Shown here: one piece after another, positions 28,113 to 41,032 of the stretch
Numbering within the stretch: the stretch's first letter is position 1
Layout of the letters: every line of letters begins with the position of its first letter
Assembly: GCA_041749475.1 (NCBI GenBank)
Contig: JBGTBD010000002.1
Location: 48,417-112,416, forward strand
Length of the DNA stretch: 64,000 nucleotides
Direction: 5' to 3'
Source of the DNA: Rickettsiales bacterium
GTDB taxonomy: Bacteria > Pseudomonadota > Alphaproteobacteria > Rickettsiales > UBA998
Position numbers and translations under genes: made by a program
The notes under the pieces: model-generated
Database searches by the model: none
What the model was told of the DNA's origin: nothing
The model's input: the letters and a program-made list of their open reading frames with translations, nothing else

Positions 28113-29666
28113 TTAATTTTGCCACATCATCCAACGGTCTGCAAAAAGCAGGAATATCAGCAATATAGTAAAGATTATCAAGAAGCTATTACGATTGCTT
28201 TTGCGCTGTAATTCACGCAACGTCTGCGGGGATAAGGAGAAGGTTCCTTGCGATAACACGCTCAATGTGCGGTCGAATTTATCGAGAACGTCGGGGAGTT
28301 GTTGCAGGCGGCTGGCGGTCTCTTTCAGCGTGTGGGCGAGGATGGCGCGCTGGGAAAGATTCTCGCTCGCCCATTTCTGGATCATCGGTTCGGCCAGTTT
28401 CCACATGTTGACTTGCGGGTTCAGCATGCGGCCGACGCCTTCGGACAGCATCATGGTTTTTTGCAACAAGAGGAATTGTGGCTGCAATTGCATCTCGAAA
28501 GTTTCGGACATCTGGAAGAGCTGACCCAGCAATCCGCCGACAGAGATTTCATTCAGCGGTTTATCAAGCAATGGTTTTGCCACGACGCGGCAGGCTTGGG
28601 CGAATTGTTCTTTCGATTTATAATGCGGGACGATGTGCGCTTCGAAATGGATTTCGGCGATGCGTTGGTAATCCTCGAACAGGAAACCGCGTAATATCTC
28701 GGCGAGGAAGATGCGGTTCTTACGGTCGAGCCTTCCCATGATGCCGAAATCGACGACGGCGATGCGGTTGTCCTCCAGCACGAAAATATTTCCGGGGTGG
28801 AGGTCAGCGTGGAAAAATCCGTCGCGGAACACTTGATTGAAAAAAGCATTCGCGGCGTATTGGGTGATGAGGGGGAGGTCGTAGCCACCGCTCATCAGCA
28901 TCGCGACATCGTTGACGGGGACGCCGTAGATGCGTTCGGAGGTGAGAACATTCTGGCGGGTCAAATGCCAGTAAATTGTGGGGACGTAGAAACCTTCATC
29001 GTTCTTCGTGTTCTGTTTCAGTTCAACCGCGGCGGAAGCTTCATAGCGCAAATCGAGTTCGAAGGCGAGGGCGTCCTCGAATGTGTGTACCACTTCACGG
29101 GGTTTCAATCGACGTGTGCCGGGGAGGCCGCGCTCGGCGAGGCTGGCCAGCCAATAGAATAAATCAATGTCGCGTTGCATGATGGCGGCGACGTTGGGGC
29201 GGAGAATTTTGACGGCGACTTCTTCGCCTTGCTTGGTGCGCGCGAAGTGGACTTGCGCGATGCTGGCAGCGGCAACGGGTTCGTCCTCGAACTCGGCGAA
29301 GAGTTGCTGCACTGACATGCCGAATGATTGCTCGATAATCGCGCGGGCAATGCGGGAGGGGAAGGGCGGGAGTTTGTCCTGCAATTCGGAAAGGTCGCGC
29401 GCGATATCATCACCGACTAAATCGGAACGGGTGGAGAGGACTTGGCCGAGTTTGATGAAAGAAGGCCCGAGTTCTTTCAGCGCGTTGGCGAGACGTTTGC
29501 CGCGTGGGAGTTTGGTCGGTTTTCTGACCAGCTTGACGACGAAGGTGATAGCGGGGGCGACGCGGGTTTCTTCGAGGCAGAAGAGCGCATCATGCTTTGC
29601 CAACACATACGCGATGCGGCAGAGCTGGATAATATGGCGGATGGCGCGGAACATCAGCTTTTCCAC
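28113..29666 (-). CDS. ubiB: UbiB/ABC1-family ubiquinone biosynthesis kinase-like protein
   Basis: 517 aa with ASIAQVH, VAVKILRP, HADLHPGN and two C-terminal TM helices. An alternative ATG at 29654 overlaps the ubiE stop by 1 nt. Confidence 0.9.
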   Translation of the reverse strand: MEKLMFRAIRHIIQLCRIAYVLAKHDALFCLEETRVAPAITFVVKLVRKPTKLPRGKRLANALKELGPSFIKLGQVLSTRSDLVGDDIARDLSELQDKLPPFPSRIARAIIEQSFGMSVQQLFAEFEDEPVAAASIAQVHFARTKQGEEVAVKILRPNVAAIMQRDIDLFYWLASLAERGLPGTRRLKPREVVHTFEDALAFELDLRYEASAAVELKQNTKNDEGFYVPTIYWHLTRQNVLTSERIYGVPVNDVAMLMSGGYDLPLITQYAANAFFNQVFRDGFFHADLHPGNIFVLEDNRIAVVDFGIMGRLDRKNRIFLAEILRGFLFEDYQRIAEIHFEAHIVPHYKSKEQFAQACRVVAKPLLDKPLNEISVGGLLGQLFQMSETFEMQLQPQFLLLQKTMMLSEGVGRMLNPQVNMWKLAEPMIQKWASENLSQRAILAHTLKETASRLQQLPDVLDKFDRTLSVLSQGTFSLSPQTLRELQRKSNRNSFLIIFTILLIFLLFADRWMMWQN

Positions 29667-30427
29667 CCTTCATGGATGCACACCATGCCACCGGAAAGCG
29701 GGGTGCTTTTAGTGCGAGAGAAGCCCGCTTCCTTGATCATGCCTTCGAACGTCATGCGGTCGGGGAATTGGCGGATAGATTCGACGAGATATTGGTAGGC
29801 GTCGCGATTGCCGGCGACCTTGTCACCGATCAGCGGAATCACCTTGAAGGAATACCAATCATATATTTTATCGAGCGGGGCGGTGACGGGGTGGCTGAAT
29901 TCGAGGCAGCAAAAATGCCCGCCAAACTTCAGGACGCGGTGCGCTTCCTTGAGTGCCTTGTCGAGATGGGTGACGTTACGGATGCCGAAGGCGATGGTGT
30001 AGGCGTCATAAATGCGGTCAGGCAGCGGCAGGCACTCGGCGTTGCCGACGACGAAATCCGCTTGCGCGATGCGGTTCGCGTCGATGATCTTGGCTTTGCC
30101 TTCTGCGAGCATAGCAGGATTGATGTCGGAGACAGTGACCTTGCCGCCGTCTGCTTTCAGGAAGCGTAATGCAATATCCGCCGTGCCGCCTGCGACATCC
30201 AGCAGATGCATGGTAGAGGAGGGGGCGAGATGGTCGATAAAGCGGTCTTTCCACGCGTGGTGAGAGCCAAGGCTCATCAGGTCGTTCATCAGGTCATAGC
30301 GGCTGGCGACGTCGGAGAATACGCCGTTCACCGCGTCCTGCTTCGCTTCTTCCGCGACGGGGCGGAAGCCGAATGACCCGGCAAAAGCTTTGATTTTTTC
30401 CTCGAACGCCATATATGTCAATGTCAC
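29654..30427 (-). CDS. ubiE: Ubiquinone/menaquinone C-methyltransferase
   Basis: 257 aa with VASRYDLMNDLMSLGSHHAWK and the SAM motif LDVAGGTAD. Confidence 0.95.
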   Translation of the reverse strand: MTLTYMAFEEKIKAFAGSFGFRPVAEEAKQDAVNGVFSDVASRYDLMNDLMSLGSHHAWKDRFIDHLAPSSTMHLLDVAGGTADIALRFLKADGGKVTVSDINPAMLAEGKAKIIDANRIAQADFVVGNAECLPLPDRIYDAYTIAFGIRNVTHLDKALKEAHRVLKFGGHFCCLEFSHPVTAPLDKIYDWYSFKVIPLIGDKVAGNRDAYQYLVESIRQFPDRMTFEGMIKEAGFSRTKSTPLSGGMVCIHEGWKS

Positions 30428-30506
30428 TAGTCAAATGAGTCCCCCTGATAACAGGTTTCCTTTTTTAAACCAAGAGATAGTCTTTCCTTATCCGAAGAGA
30501 GCCGCC

Positions 30507-31361
30507 ATGCCCGAATTGCCCGAAGTCGAGACCGTCCGCCGTGGGCTGGCGCAGGAAATCACCGGGGCGATAATTCTTTCCGTCCTGTTGAGCAGGAGCG
30601 ATTTGCGCTTTCCCTTTCCCGAGCGATTCGCGGAACGGTTGAAAGGCGCACGCATTGATAGGGTCGAGCGCCGGGCGAAATACCTGCTTTTGCATCTGGA
30701 TACCAAGCAGGTGTGGCTGGTGCATCTGGGCATGTCCGGACGGTTTCTGGTACGCGCACAGGGCACATATGCACCGCAAAAGCATGACCATGTGCTGGTG
30801 CAGCTGGATAATGGCAAAGAACTGGTATTCAACGATGCGCGGCGTTTTGGATTGATGACGATTGCGGATGTTGCGGATATTGCTGCGCACCCATTGTTAC
30901 GACATTTAGGGCCAGAGCCATTTATGGAGGAGTTCTCACCTGCCTACCTCAAGGCGCAATTGCTGCGCCGATCGGGGCCGATCAAACCCGTGCTGATGGA
31001 TCAGAAACTGGTGGTCGGCGTGGGGAACATCTATGCTTCCGAAGCCTTGTTCAGAGCCAAAATACATCCTGCTGCGCCTGCGAAGGACTGTGCAGCAAAA
31101 GCGGCGTCCATCATTAAAGAGATTCGCACAGTGCTAGAGGCGGCGATTATCTCCGGCGGGTCGACACTCAGGAATTACGCCCGGGAATCGGGGGAGAGTG
31201 GCTATTTCCAACATGCATTCCGGGTGTATGGGCGGGATGGGAAGCCGTGTATGACGTGTGGAGCAGAAATTTCCCGTACTGTTCAGGCGGGAAGGGCGAC
31301 ATTCTACTGCCCTGCCTGTCAGAAAACCCCGATTAAAACATTGAAAAACAAGATAAAATAA
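30507..31361 (+). CDS. mutM: Formamidopyrimidine-DNA glycosylase
   Basis: It begins MPELPEVETVRRGL at the ATG at 30507 and has the C-terminal zinc finger CMTCG...FYCPACQ. The track ORF start at 30390 is an upstream extension. Confidence 0.95.
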   Translation: MPELPEVETVRRGLAQEITGAIILSVLLSRSDLRFPFPERFAERLKGARIDRVERRAKYLLLHLDTKQVWLVHLGMSGRFLVRAQGTYAPQKHDHVLVQLDNGKELVFNDARRFGLMTIADVADIAAHPLLRHLGPEPFMEEFSPAYLKAQLLRRSGPIKPVLMDQKLVVGVGNIYASEALFRAKIHPAAPAKDCAAKAASIIKEIRTVLEAAIISGGSTLRNYARESGESGYFQHAFRVYGRDGKPCMTCGAEISRTVQAGRATFYCPACQKTPIKTLKNKIK

Positions 31362-31576
31362 AAGAAGTGTTATTTTTCTAATGGTTTAGGTTTGCAAGGC
31401 GGATTATTTAATAAAGGGGTGAATTTCTTTGTTGACTAGGGGGAGGCGCGCCGCTAACAATACGCCCCTGCCGCTGGTGGGGATAACTTTTTCGTTTTTC
31501 CAAGATTTCAATGGATTGGATGAGTTATACACAGTGGCTTTAAAAAATAGTTAGTTAACAAGGATCTGGTTGAACC

Positions 31577-31840
31577 ATGGCACAACATAAATCGGCAGAA
31601 AAAAGACATCGCCAAACCGTCACGCGCACGGAGCAGAACCGTGCACGCGTCGGTGCTATCCGCACTTTCGTGAAGAAGGCGGAAGCTGCGCTCACCGCAG
31701 GCGACAAGAAAACGGCTCAGGATGCAGTCCGCACGGCGGAATCGGCATTGATGAAAGGCGTCAGCAAAGGCGTCCTCAAGAAGAGCACGGCATCGCGCAA
31801 GGTCAGTCGCCTTTCCGCGAAAGTCAAGGCGCTCGCCTAG
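31577..31840 (+). CDS. rpsT: 30S ribosomal protein S20
   Basis: 87 aa beginning MAQHKSAEKRHRQ... Confidence 0.95.
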   Translation: MAQHKSAEKRHRQTVTRTEQNRARVGAIRTFVKKAEAALTAGDKKTAQDAVRTAESALMKGVSKGVLKKSTASRKVSRLSAKVKALA

Positions 31841-31945
31841 TTCTTTCGTCTACGTTTAGTCCACATTCGTTATTCATGGCACGCGGGGCTTACGCTCCGT
31901 AGCCTTACGTGTGCCGTTCGCACATCAACATGCAGGGGAAATACC

Positions 31946-32365
31946 GTGATGCACTATGCGGGTGATATCGTTCCTGAGGAAGCGTGGCAAGCGATTGCCC
32001 GAGACCCTGCGGCACAGCTGGTGGATGTACGCAGCGCCCCGGAATGGCAGTTTATCGGTATGCCTGATTTGGCGGCCTTGGGTAAAAAAGTCATCGCCCT
32101 GTCCTGGCGGCATTATCCGCAGTTTGCTATCAACGGTGATTTCTGCTCGGCTTTACAGAACGTGATTCCCGACAAAGAGGCGCCCATCTATTTCCTGTGC
32201 AAGACGGGGGGGCGATCCTCGGAAGCCGCTACCGCGATGGCGCAACAGGGCTACACAAAATGCTATAATATTCTTAACGGATTCGAAGGTGACCAGAATA
32301 TGGAAGGCCAGCGCGGCAAGACCAACGGCTGGAAAGCGTCGCGGATGCCCTGGAGGCAAGCATGA
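31946..32365 (+). CDS. Single-domain rhodanese-like sulfurtransferase
   Basis: 139 aa. It has LVDVRS..EW and the active-site loop CKTGGRS. Confidence 0.8.
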   Translation: MMHYAGDIVPEEAWQAIARDPAAQLVDVRSAPEWQFIGMPDLAALGKKVIALSWRHYPQFAINGDFCSALQNVIPDKEAPIYFLCKTGGRSSEAATAMAQQGYTKCYNILNGFEGDQNMEGQRGKTNGWKASRMPWRQA

Positions 32366-33786
32366 GCGATACTTCCATCACTGCACTTGCCTCGCAATGG
32401 GAGGCTATCCTCGAAAAGCTGCGCCAGACGCATGGCGATGCGGTATTTCGTAGCTGGTTGAAGCCCATTACCTGCGGTGAACTTTCCAATGGCCAGATCG
32501 CACTGCTTTGTCCAACGCGTTTCATGCGCGACTGGGTGCAGAATCATTATATGGACTCGATCCGACAATTCTGGACGAGCGAGAATAGCGGTGTGCTGGG
32601 CGTGGAACTCATCGTGCGTCCCGCTGGCTCGCAGGCGCAGGTGATGGCTTCAGAGGAAGCAACGGTCACACACATAGCTCCTCAACAGAGCGCATTCATA
32701 CCGCGCAGTAGCGAAACTATCGAGGGCGTTGACGGAATTCCGTCTCTGGAACGTGTCTCCAGCCCGCTTGATTCGCGTTATACGTTCGACAATTTCATTG
32801 TTGGCAAGCCCAACGAACTGGCATTCGCCGCTGCCAAGCGCGTGGCTGAAACGCCGCATGTGGTCGCGGGCTGTAACCCGTTGTTTCTTTATGGGGGCGT
32901 GGGTTTAGGAAAAACCCATTTGATGCATGCCATCGCCTGGCATATCCGCCGTCATACGCCGGAACGCCGCGTGATCTATCTCTCGGCGGAAAAATTCATG
33001 TACCAGTTCATCCGCGCCATTCGCTTCAATCAGGCGATCGCGTTCAAGGAACTGTTCCGCTCGGTCGATGTGCTGATGGTCGACGACGTCCAATTTATAT
33101 CGGGTAAGGATTCGACGCAGGAAGAATTCTTCCATACGTTCAACGCGCTTGTGGATCAAAATAAGCAGTTGGTGATTTCAGGCGACCGTTCGCCGTCCGA
33201 TATCGACGGGCTGGAAGAGCGCATTAAATCCCGTCTTGGCTGGGGGCTGGTCGCTGATATTCATCCGACGAGTTATGAACTGCGTCTAGGGATTCTCCAG
33301 TCCAAAGTTGAAAATATGCGGCTCAACGTACCGCCCAAGGTGCTGGAATTCCTCGCGATGCGTATTACCTCGAATATTCGTGAACTCGAAGGGGCGCTCA
33401 ATCGTGTTACCGCACATGCGACGCTGGTGGGGCGTGAGATTACGCTCGATACCGTTCAGGACTTGCTGCAAGACCTGCTGCGCGCCAATGACCGCCGCAT
33501 CAATATCGACGATATCCAGCGCATGGTGGCGGGGCATTATAATATCAAGGTGGCGGACATGCATTCCGCGCGGCGCTCGGTCGCCATCGCTCGTCCGCGC
33601 CAGGTGGCGATGTATCTTTCCAAGCATCTCACCACCAAGAGCCTGCCTGAGATCGGCCGTCGGTTCGGCGGTAAAGACCATACGACCGTGATGCACGCCA
33701 TCAAGCGTATCGACGAACTTTCCTCCCGCGATACGGAATTGAAGGAAGATATAGACCTGCTGACCCGCTCGCTGCAGAACCGATAG
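32362..33786 (+). CDS. dnaA: Chromosomal replication initiator DnaA
   Basis: 474 aa with the Walker A motif [10 protein letters not shown], box VII, and the C-terminal DNA-binding helix [11 protein letters not shown]. Its ATG overlaps the TGA of the rhodanese gene (ATGA). Confidence 0.97.
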   Translation: MSDTSITALASQWEAILEKLRQTHGDAVFRSWLKPITCGELSNGQIALLCPTRFMRDWVQNHYMDSIRQFWTSENSGVLGVELIVRPAGSQAQVMASEEATVTHIAPQQSAFIPRSSETIEGVDGIPSLERVSSPLDSRYTFDNFIVGKPNELAFAAAKRVAETPHVVAGCNPLFLYGGVGLGKTHLMHAIAWHIRRHTPERRVIYLSAEKFMYQFIRAIRFNQAIAFKELFRSVDVLMVDDVQFISGKDSTQEEFFHTFNALVDQNKQLVISGDRSPSDIDGLEERIKSRLGWGLVADIHPTSYELRLGILQSKVENMRLNVPPKVLEFLAMRITSNIRELEGALNRVTAHATLVGREITLDTVQDLLQDLLRANDRRINIDDIQRMVAGHYNIKVADMHSARRSVAIARPRQVAMYLSKHLTTKSLPEIGRRFGGKDHTTVMHAIKRIDELSSRDTELKEDIDLLTRSLQNR

Positions 33787-33888
33787 TAAAACATCCAGTA
33801 TAGGATAGTTCTTCTTTCTATTGATTTTTCCGTTGTGTCGCTTGCGGCAATTGCTATAGTCGCCCCATATTCTCTGGAGTACCATCTT

Positions 33889-35007
33889 ATGCAACTCGCC
33901 ATCGACCGCGCCCATCTCTTGAAATCGCTGAGCCATGTTCAGTCCGTGGTGGAACGTCGCGGGACGATCCCCATTCTCTCCAACATCAAGCTGGAAGCCA
34001 GTTCCGACCAGTTGGAACTGACGGGAACCGATATGGATGTCGCGGTGCTGGAGAACGTGAAAGCCAAGGTGGAATCCCCCGGCTCGGTGACGCTGCCCGC
34101 TCATATGTTCTATGACATCATCCGCAAATTGCCCGACGGCGCGGAAGTGAAGCTGAAAGAAAAAGCGCAAGGCGCAGGCGTCACCATCTCCGCCGGCCAT
34201 ACACGCTATTCCCTCTCCACCCTCCCGGTCGATGATTTCCCGGCGATGGCGGAAGGCGAACTCGCTCATTCCTTCGTCCTCTCCGCGACCGAGTGTCGCG
34301 CACTGGTTGAAAAGACACGCTTCGCAATGTCAACGGAAGAGACCCGTTATTATCTGAACGGCGTCTATCTCCATAGCGTCGATAGCAATGGGACGACGGC
34401 GCTGCGCGCTGTGGCCACCGACGGTCACCGACTAGCGCGTCTGGAAGTGGGACTTCCGGCTGGTGCTACGGGGATGCCCGGTGTCATCATCCCGCGCAAG
34501 ACCATCGGCGAGCTCAGCAAGTTGCTGGAAGAGGCGATGACGGAAGTGAAGATTTCCCTGTCCGAAACTAAGATCCGTTTCGTCTGCGGCAACGCCGTCC
34601 TCGTCTCCAAATTGATCGACGGAACGTTCCCGGATTATGACCGCGTGATCCCGCAGAATAACGACCGCCTGCTGGAAATGGATGCGAAAGCATTCGCTTC
34701 TGCCGTAGACCGTGTTGCCGTCATCTCCTCCGACAAGGCGCGCGGCGTGAAGCTGACGCTGGAGCCGGGCAAGATGACGCTTTCCGCTAGTAGTGCAGAA
34801 CAAGGCACGGCGCAGGAAGTGCTCGACGTGAATTACAGTTCCGAGAAGATAGAGATCGGTTTCAACGCGCGTTATTTGCTCGACGTGCTCGGCCAGATCG
34901 AAGGCGATATGGTGCAGTTTCTGTTCTCGGAATCGGCTGCTCCGGCACTGATCCGCGACCCGGCAGATGTCGGCGCGCTCTACGTCGTCATGCCGATGCG
35001 CGTGTGA
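33889..35007 (+). CDS. dnaN: DNA polymerase III beta sliding clamp
   Basis: It begins MQLAIDRAHLLKSLSHVQSVVERRGTIPILSN and ends ...YVVMPMRV. I start at the ATG at 33889 rather than the track start. Confidence 0.95.
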   Translation: MQLAIDRAHLLKSLSHVQSVVERRGTIPILSNIKLEASSDQLELTGTDMDVAVLENVKAKVESPGSVTLPAHMFYDIIRKLPDGAEVKLKEKAQGAGVTISAGHTRYSLSTLPVDDFPAMAEGELAHSFVLSATECRALVEKTRFAMSTEETRYYLNGVYLHSVDSNGTTALRAVATDGHRLARLEVGLPAGATGMPGVIIPRKTIGELSKLLEEAMTEVKISLSETKIRFVCGNAVLVSKLIDGTFPDYDRVIPQNNDRLLEMDAKAFASAVDRVAVISSDKARGVKLTLEPGKMTLSASSAEQGTAQEVLDVNYSSEKIEIGFNARYLLDVLGQIEGDMVQFLFSESAAPALIRDPADVGALYVVMPMRV

Positions 35008-35033
35008 TCGCTGAATACGCATAGCAGCCTTTC

Positions 35034-35133
35034 GTCACTCCCCCGAATTTTATGTAATAAAATTATAGGGGAATCCATTTTTTCTCTTATGTTCTGGATG
35101 GCCCTATAATCGCATTGCGATTCGGGCCATGAC
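35034..35133. repeat. Palindromic element, family C
   Basis: GTCACTCCCCCGAATTTTATGTAATAAAATTATAGGGGAATCCA...TGGATGGCCCTATAATCGCATTGCGATTCGGGCCATGAC. Confidence 0.85.
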
Positions 35134-35148
35134 GAGTAGATTAATGAT

Positions 35149-36270
35149 ATGCAGTCTGATTCCCCAAACCATATTACGCGTCTAACGCTCCAACAGTTCC
35201 GCAACCATGCGGAATATGTGCTGGAGCCGCGTTCCCCCATGATTGCATTGGTAGGGTCGAACGGAGCGGGGAAGACGAATATCCTTGAGGCGATCTCCTT
35301 GCTTTCCCCGGGAAAGGGACTCCGTAATGCGTCTTATCGCGAGATGCTTTCCCAACGCGGAGCTGAGCAGGCGACGGAATGGGTCGTCGCAGCGGAGGTG
35401 GCCAAGCAGGGGGATTCCATTCCTCTCGGTACACGATTCATCTCCAGCGCCGGAGAAAAACGTGAACTCCGCGCCGAGGGCGAAGCGCTAAAACATCAGG
35501 CGCAACTGACGCAGTACCTCACTCTCGTCTGGCTGACCCCGGCGATGAGTCATCTGTTCAACGAAGGCGGAACGGCGCGGCGAAAGTTCCTTGATCGTCT
35601 TGTTTACGGGTTCGATACCGAACATGCGTCACGCGTCCATGCGCATGACTACCATGTGCGGGAACGAAATCGATTGCTTTCCGACATGGCGCGACCCGAC
35701 CACGTATGGCTTGATACGCTGGAGCAAAAAGTCGCTGAAAGCGCCGTCGCCATCGCCGTTGCACGGCGCGATGCGCTGGCGCATCTTTCGACTATGCTCG
35801 GTATTTCCGGCGGCGCCTTCCCCGCAGCACAGGCGGAGATTCGTGGGTTCGCAGAGAATTTGCTCGCCGAAGACCAATCCGCGGTAATGGTGGAGGAGGC
35901 GATGCGCGAGGCATTGGCATTGAAGCGGGGCGATGATAAGCGCTCCGGTCGCACGTCGCTCGGCGCGCATCGCAGTGAGTTCATCGTATGGTATGCAGAG
36001 AAGGAACGTGAAGCTGCGGAATGTTCTACCGGCGAGCAAAAGGCGCTATTATTCTCCCTTGTCCTCGCCCATGCGCGGGCGCGTCGGCATTGGCAGGGAA
36101 CGGCGCCGATTCTGTTACTGGATGAAGTCGTGGCGCACCTTGATGAAGGGCGTCGCGCGGCATTATTTGACGAGCTGCAAACGGTCGGTGCGCAGGTCTT
36201 CATGACCGGAACGGACGCGACGGATTTCGCGGTTTCGGATGCGGTAGAAATTCGCCCTATTTCTGCTTAA
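35149..36270 (+). CDS. recF: DNA replication and repair protein RecF
   Basis: 373 aa with LTLQQFRNH, the Walker A motif GSNGAGKTN, and the signature SGEQK-like STGEQKALL. Confidence 0.95.
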   Translation: MQSDSPNHITRLTLQQFRNHAEYVLEPRSPMIALVGSNGAGKTNILEAISLLSPGKGLRNASYREMLSQRGAEQATEWVVAAEVAKQGDSIPLGTRFISSAGEKRELRAEGEALKHQAQLTQYLTLVWLTPAMSHLFNEGGTARRKFLDRLVYGFDTEHASRVHAHDYHVRERNRLLSDMARPDHVWLDTLEQKVAESAVAIAVARRDALAHLSTMLGISGGAFPAAQAEIRGFAENLLAEDQSAVMVEEAMREALALKRGDDKRSGRTSLGAHRSEFIVWYAEKEREAAECSTGEQKALLFSLVLAHARARRHWQGTAPILLLDEVVAHLDEGRRAALFDELQTVGAQVFMTGTDATDFAVSDAVEIRPISA

Positions 36271-36372
36271 AAATATCGTTATTTAACAGCATACTATGAA
36301 GGGGTAGTTTTGCCTGTTTTTTTATTGGTAAAAACAGTGATTTTCTTTGTGTTATCGGCTGTTTTGGGCTAA

Positions 36373-38829
<2,457 letters not shown>

Positions 38830-38841
38830 TTTTTTTCTTTT

Positions 38842-38929
38842 GTCATTCCTGCGAAGGCAGGAATCAGTAATCTTAGAATTCTGTGGCGCAGACGCACCAC
38901 GCTGGATTCCAGCTTTCGCTGGTATGACG
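38842..38929. repeat. Palindromic element, family A (long form)
   Basis: GTCATTCCTGCGAAGGCAGGAATCAG ... GTGGCGCAGACGCACCAC ... CTGGATTCCAGCTTTCGCTGGTATGAC. Confidence 0.85.
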
Positions 38930-38946
38930 ATTCTATTGTATCCGGC

Positions 38947-40014
38947 TTAACGGCAGATTCTTTTCAGAGCGTTCCATTCTTCGTCCGTCAGTGCGGTGCG
39001 GGTGGCTTTGTAACCGTCGGTCTGTTTGGTGATGTGATGGATACGTTCGCTGCTCATCGGGTGGGTGGAGACATATTGCAGGGCGGTGCTGTCGCTCTTA
39101 ATTTCGGCGAGGGAGAAGAATTCGGCGAAGGGAGTGAGAGGGAGTCCGGCTTTCTTCAGCGTTTTCACCGCAGCGTCATCCGCCGCGCGTTCGATGGCGC
39201 GGGTGTAGCTGGTGCTGACTAGCGTACGACTGACGGTGCTCATATATTCCTCACCCCCGGAACCGCTGAACGCCAGCGAGAACATGGCGCGGAGGCCCAA
39301 CTCCTGCATCACGCCCTGTAATGGGTGGTTGAACCGCACATGTCCCATTTCATGCGCAAGGACCCCGGCGAGCTGATCGGGTGATGTTGCTCGGTCTATC
39401 AGACGGGAGAAAATCAGGATACGCCGTGCAGGAATGGCGAAGGCATTAACGACAGGGGCGTTCACCACTTTCACGTCTGCGGGTAAGGGATTGCCGGAAG
39501 CGGTGTGCAAGGTGGCGACGAGTTTATCGAGCGCTTTTTGGCCTTCGGGATGTTCGCACGTGCGAAAATTCCCCGCCATCTCGCGCTCCACTATATTAGC
39601 CAGTTCCACCTCCAGAAACTCGGGGACGAGTTTGGCGAACGCGGAGGAAATCGCGGGGAGGGATGTGTATATCCCCACCCCGACGATAGCCGCGATGGCC
39701 ATGCAGACCGCCAGCTTGGTGAGGGAAAGGTCGAAGAAAATCGCGTTCGGAACCTTGAGATTGCCATGTGCGTAGATCTGTTCGTACAAGGCTTTGTCGG
39801 TGAAGACGAGGCGTTCGTCCGGCGCGCCCTTAGCGGTGAGGATATAGTCATGCCCGATGGCGGGGGTTTCCAGTAGCTGAATGGTACGGTAAGGCCATTG
39901 GGCGAGGGTCTGGTGGGTGGCGGTGTGTTGTATCAGCAATGCGTCATGACCGAAACCAAGCCGCACGGTGATGGCGGCTGCATTTACCCCGTCATAAAAC
40001 CGTGCCTGCGCCAT
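38947..40014 (-). CDS. M48-family zinc metallopeptidase
   Basis: 355 aa with the HEMGH motif (LAHEMGHVRFNHP). Its ATG overlaps the stop of the upstream DUF898 gene by 1 nt (TAATG). Confidence 0.85.
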   Translation of the reverse strand: MAQARFYDGVNAAAITVRLGFGHDALLIQHTATHQTLAQWPYRTIQLLETPAIGHDYILTAKGAPDERLVFTDKALYEQIYAHGNLKVPNAIFFDLSLTKLAVCMAIAAIVGVGIYTSLPAISSAFAKLVPEFLEVELANIVEREMAGNFRTCEHPEGQKALDKLVATLHTASGNPLPADVKVVNAPVVNAFAIPARRILIFSRLIDRATSPDQLAGVLAHEMGHVRFNHPLQGVMQELGLRAMFSLAFSGSGGEEYMSTVSRTLVSTSYTRAIERAADDAAVKTLKKAGLPLTPFAEFFSLAEIKSDSTALQYVSTHPMSSERIHHITKQTDGYKATRTALTDEEWNALKRICR

Positions 40015-41000
40015 TAGATGAACCCGATATCAATGCCCAGAATATCGTCCAGCCCCTCGCCCGATTGTTCGGACATTTCCTGCGATTGGTGAATGAAGGC
40101 AGTGTCGATAGTGCCGTGGAAGGTAATGTGGCTGGTGAGGTAGCGCATCTTTCGGTTAATGACATAAGGACGTGCAAAACCAAGTGTAACAAGGGTGAGA
40201 AGCCAATTGACCAGTACGAAACCCAGATGCTCGCTACCCTTGAACGTGGCCATGCTGGTGACGCCCGCGATGCCGATGCCGTTGAATTTATAGTGCAGTA
40301 GGTTTCCTACATACCACAAGCGCGAAAGACCTAGCGTGAAGGGAAATAAGAGAATGGTCACCCAGTTGGTGGTAAAGAGGCGATGCCCGTCATCCGGTGG
40401 CAGATATGTAAATGCCTGCGTGCCGAAGCTCGCATGATCCATCACGTATTCCCAGCTTAGACGGTCAGCGCGGGCGGTGTGAAGGCCTAGGGTGATGAAG
40501 TTCAGGGCGAGGAATTTCAGGCGCATCTTGATGTAGCCGTCTCGTCCTTCTTTGGTGAGGCGACCACGGATGGCTTTCCACGTGGTGCGCGAAGCGCGGT
40601 AGCGCAAGCTGGAATACCAGCCGAAATACCAGAGCCAAAGATAGAGCAGGGAGAAGAAAATACTTATAACGACCTGTTTGCCGAACAACGATTCGCTTAG
40701 CGCAGACACCGCCCCGATGATGGAGAGGACAACGAAGGCGATGCCGAATCCTTTGAATAACTCATGTGGGTGGCCGGTATATTCGAAGCGGTCATCATCA
40801 AAACGCACACTGCGGTTGATGTAGCGCCGGATTTTGGTCTTTCCCCAGAAATTATAGATGCCTAACGTGGGAATACAGAGGAGGATGTTGAGTATCCATA
40901 GCTTGAAAAGTGGGACGGTGGCTCCGTCATACTCCAGGCGATGCGTGCGGGTCCGAGGCGGAAAAAGTAGGCCAAAAGCCTCCGTGGCAGTCAATTCCAT
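40014..41000 (-). CDS. DUF898 (YjgN-like) polytopic membrane protein
   Basis: 328 aa. Internally duplicated TM pairs and the YNFWGKTKIRRY motif are typical of DUF898. Confidence 0.7.
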   Translation of the reverse strand: MELTATEAFGLLFPPRTRTHRLEYDGATVPLFKLWILNILLCIPTLGIYNFWGKTKIRRYINRSVRFDDDRFEYTGHPHELFKGFGIAFVVLSIIGAVSALSESLFGKQVVISIFFSLLYLWLWYFGWYSSLRYRASRTTWKAIRGRLTKEGRDGYIKMRLKFLALNFITLGLHTARADRLSWEYVMDHASFGTQAFTYLPPDDGHRLFTTNWVTILLFPFTLGLSRLWYVGNLLHYKFNGIGIAGVTSMATFKGSEHLGFVLVNWLLTLVTLGFARPYVINRKMRYLTSHITFHGTIDTAFIHQSQEMSEQSGEGLDDILGIDIGFI

Positions 41001-41032
41001 AAGGGGCGGCTCCTGGAACTAGGTGTTTTATA

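Noticed and set aside
31362-31576. oriC assignment to the AT-rich rpsT upstream region next to dnaA.
   Set aside because: It has only two one-mismatch DnaA-box-like 9-mers and no obvious AT-rich 13-mer cluster. Gene-strand bias does not switch cleanly here. The evidence is insufficient without GC-skew analysis, so it is kept only as a note in a finding.
33286-34269. Long antisense ORFs inside housekeeping genes. Examples are 327 aa opposite dnaA/dnaN, 9549-10265 opposite rmuC, 34432-35022 opposite dnaN, 35649-36203 opposite recF, 1185-2057 opposite the AlgX-like gene and 24965-25702 opposite cysK.
   Set aside because: Their Arg/His/Gly-rich composition is typical of the reverse frame of GC-rich genes. 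The opposite strand carries unmistakable conserved proteins.
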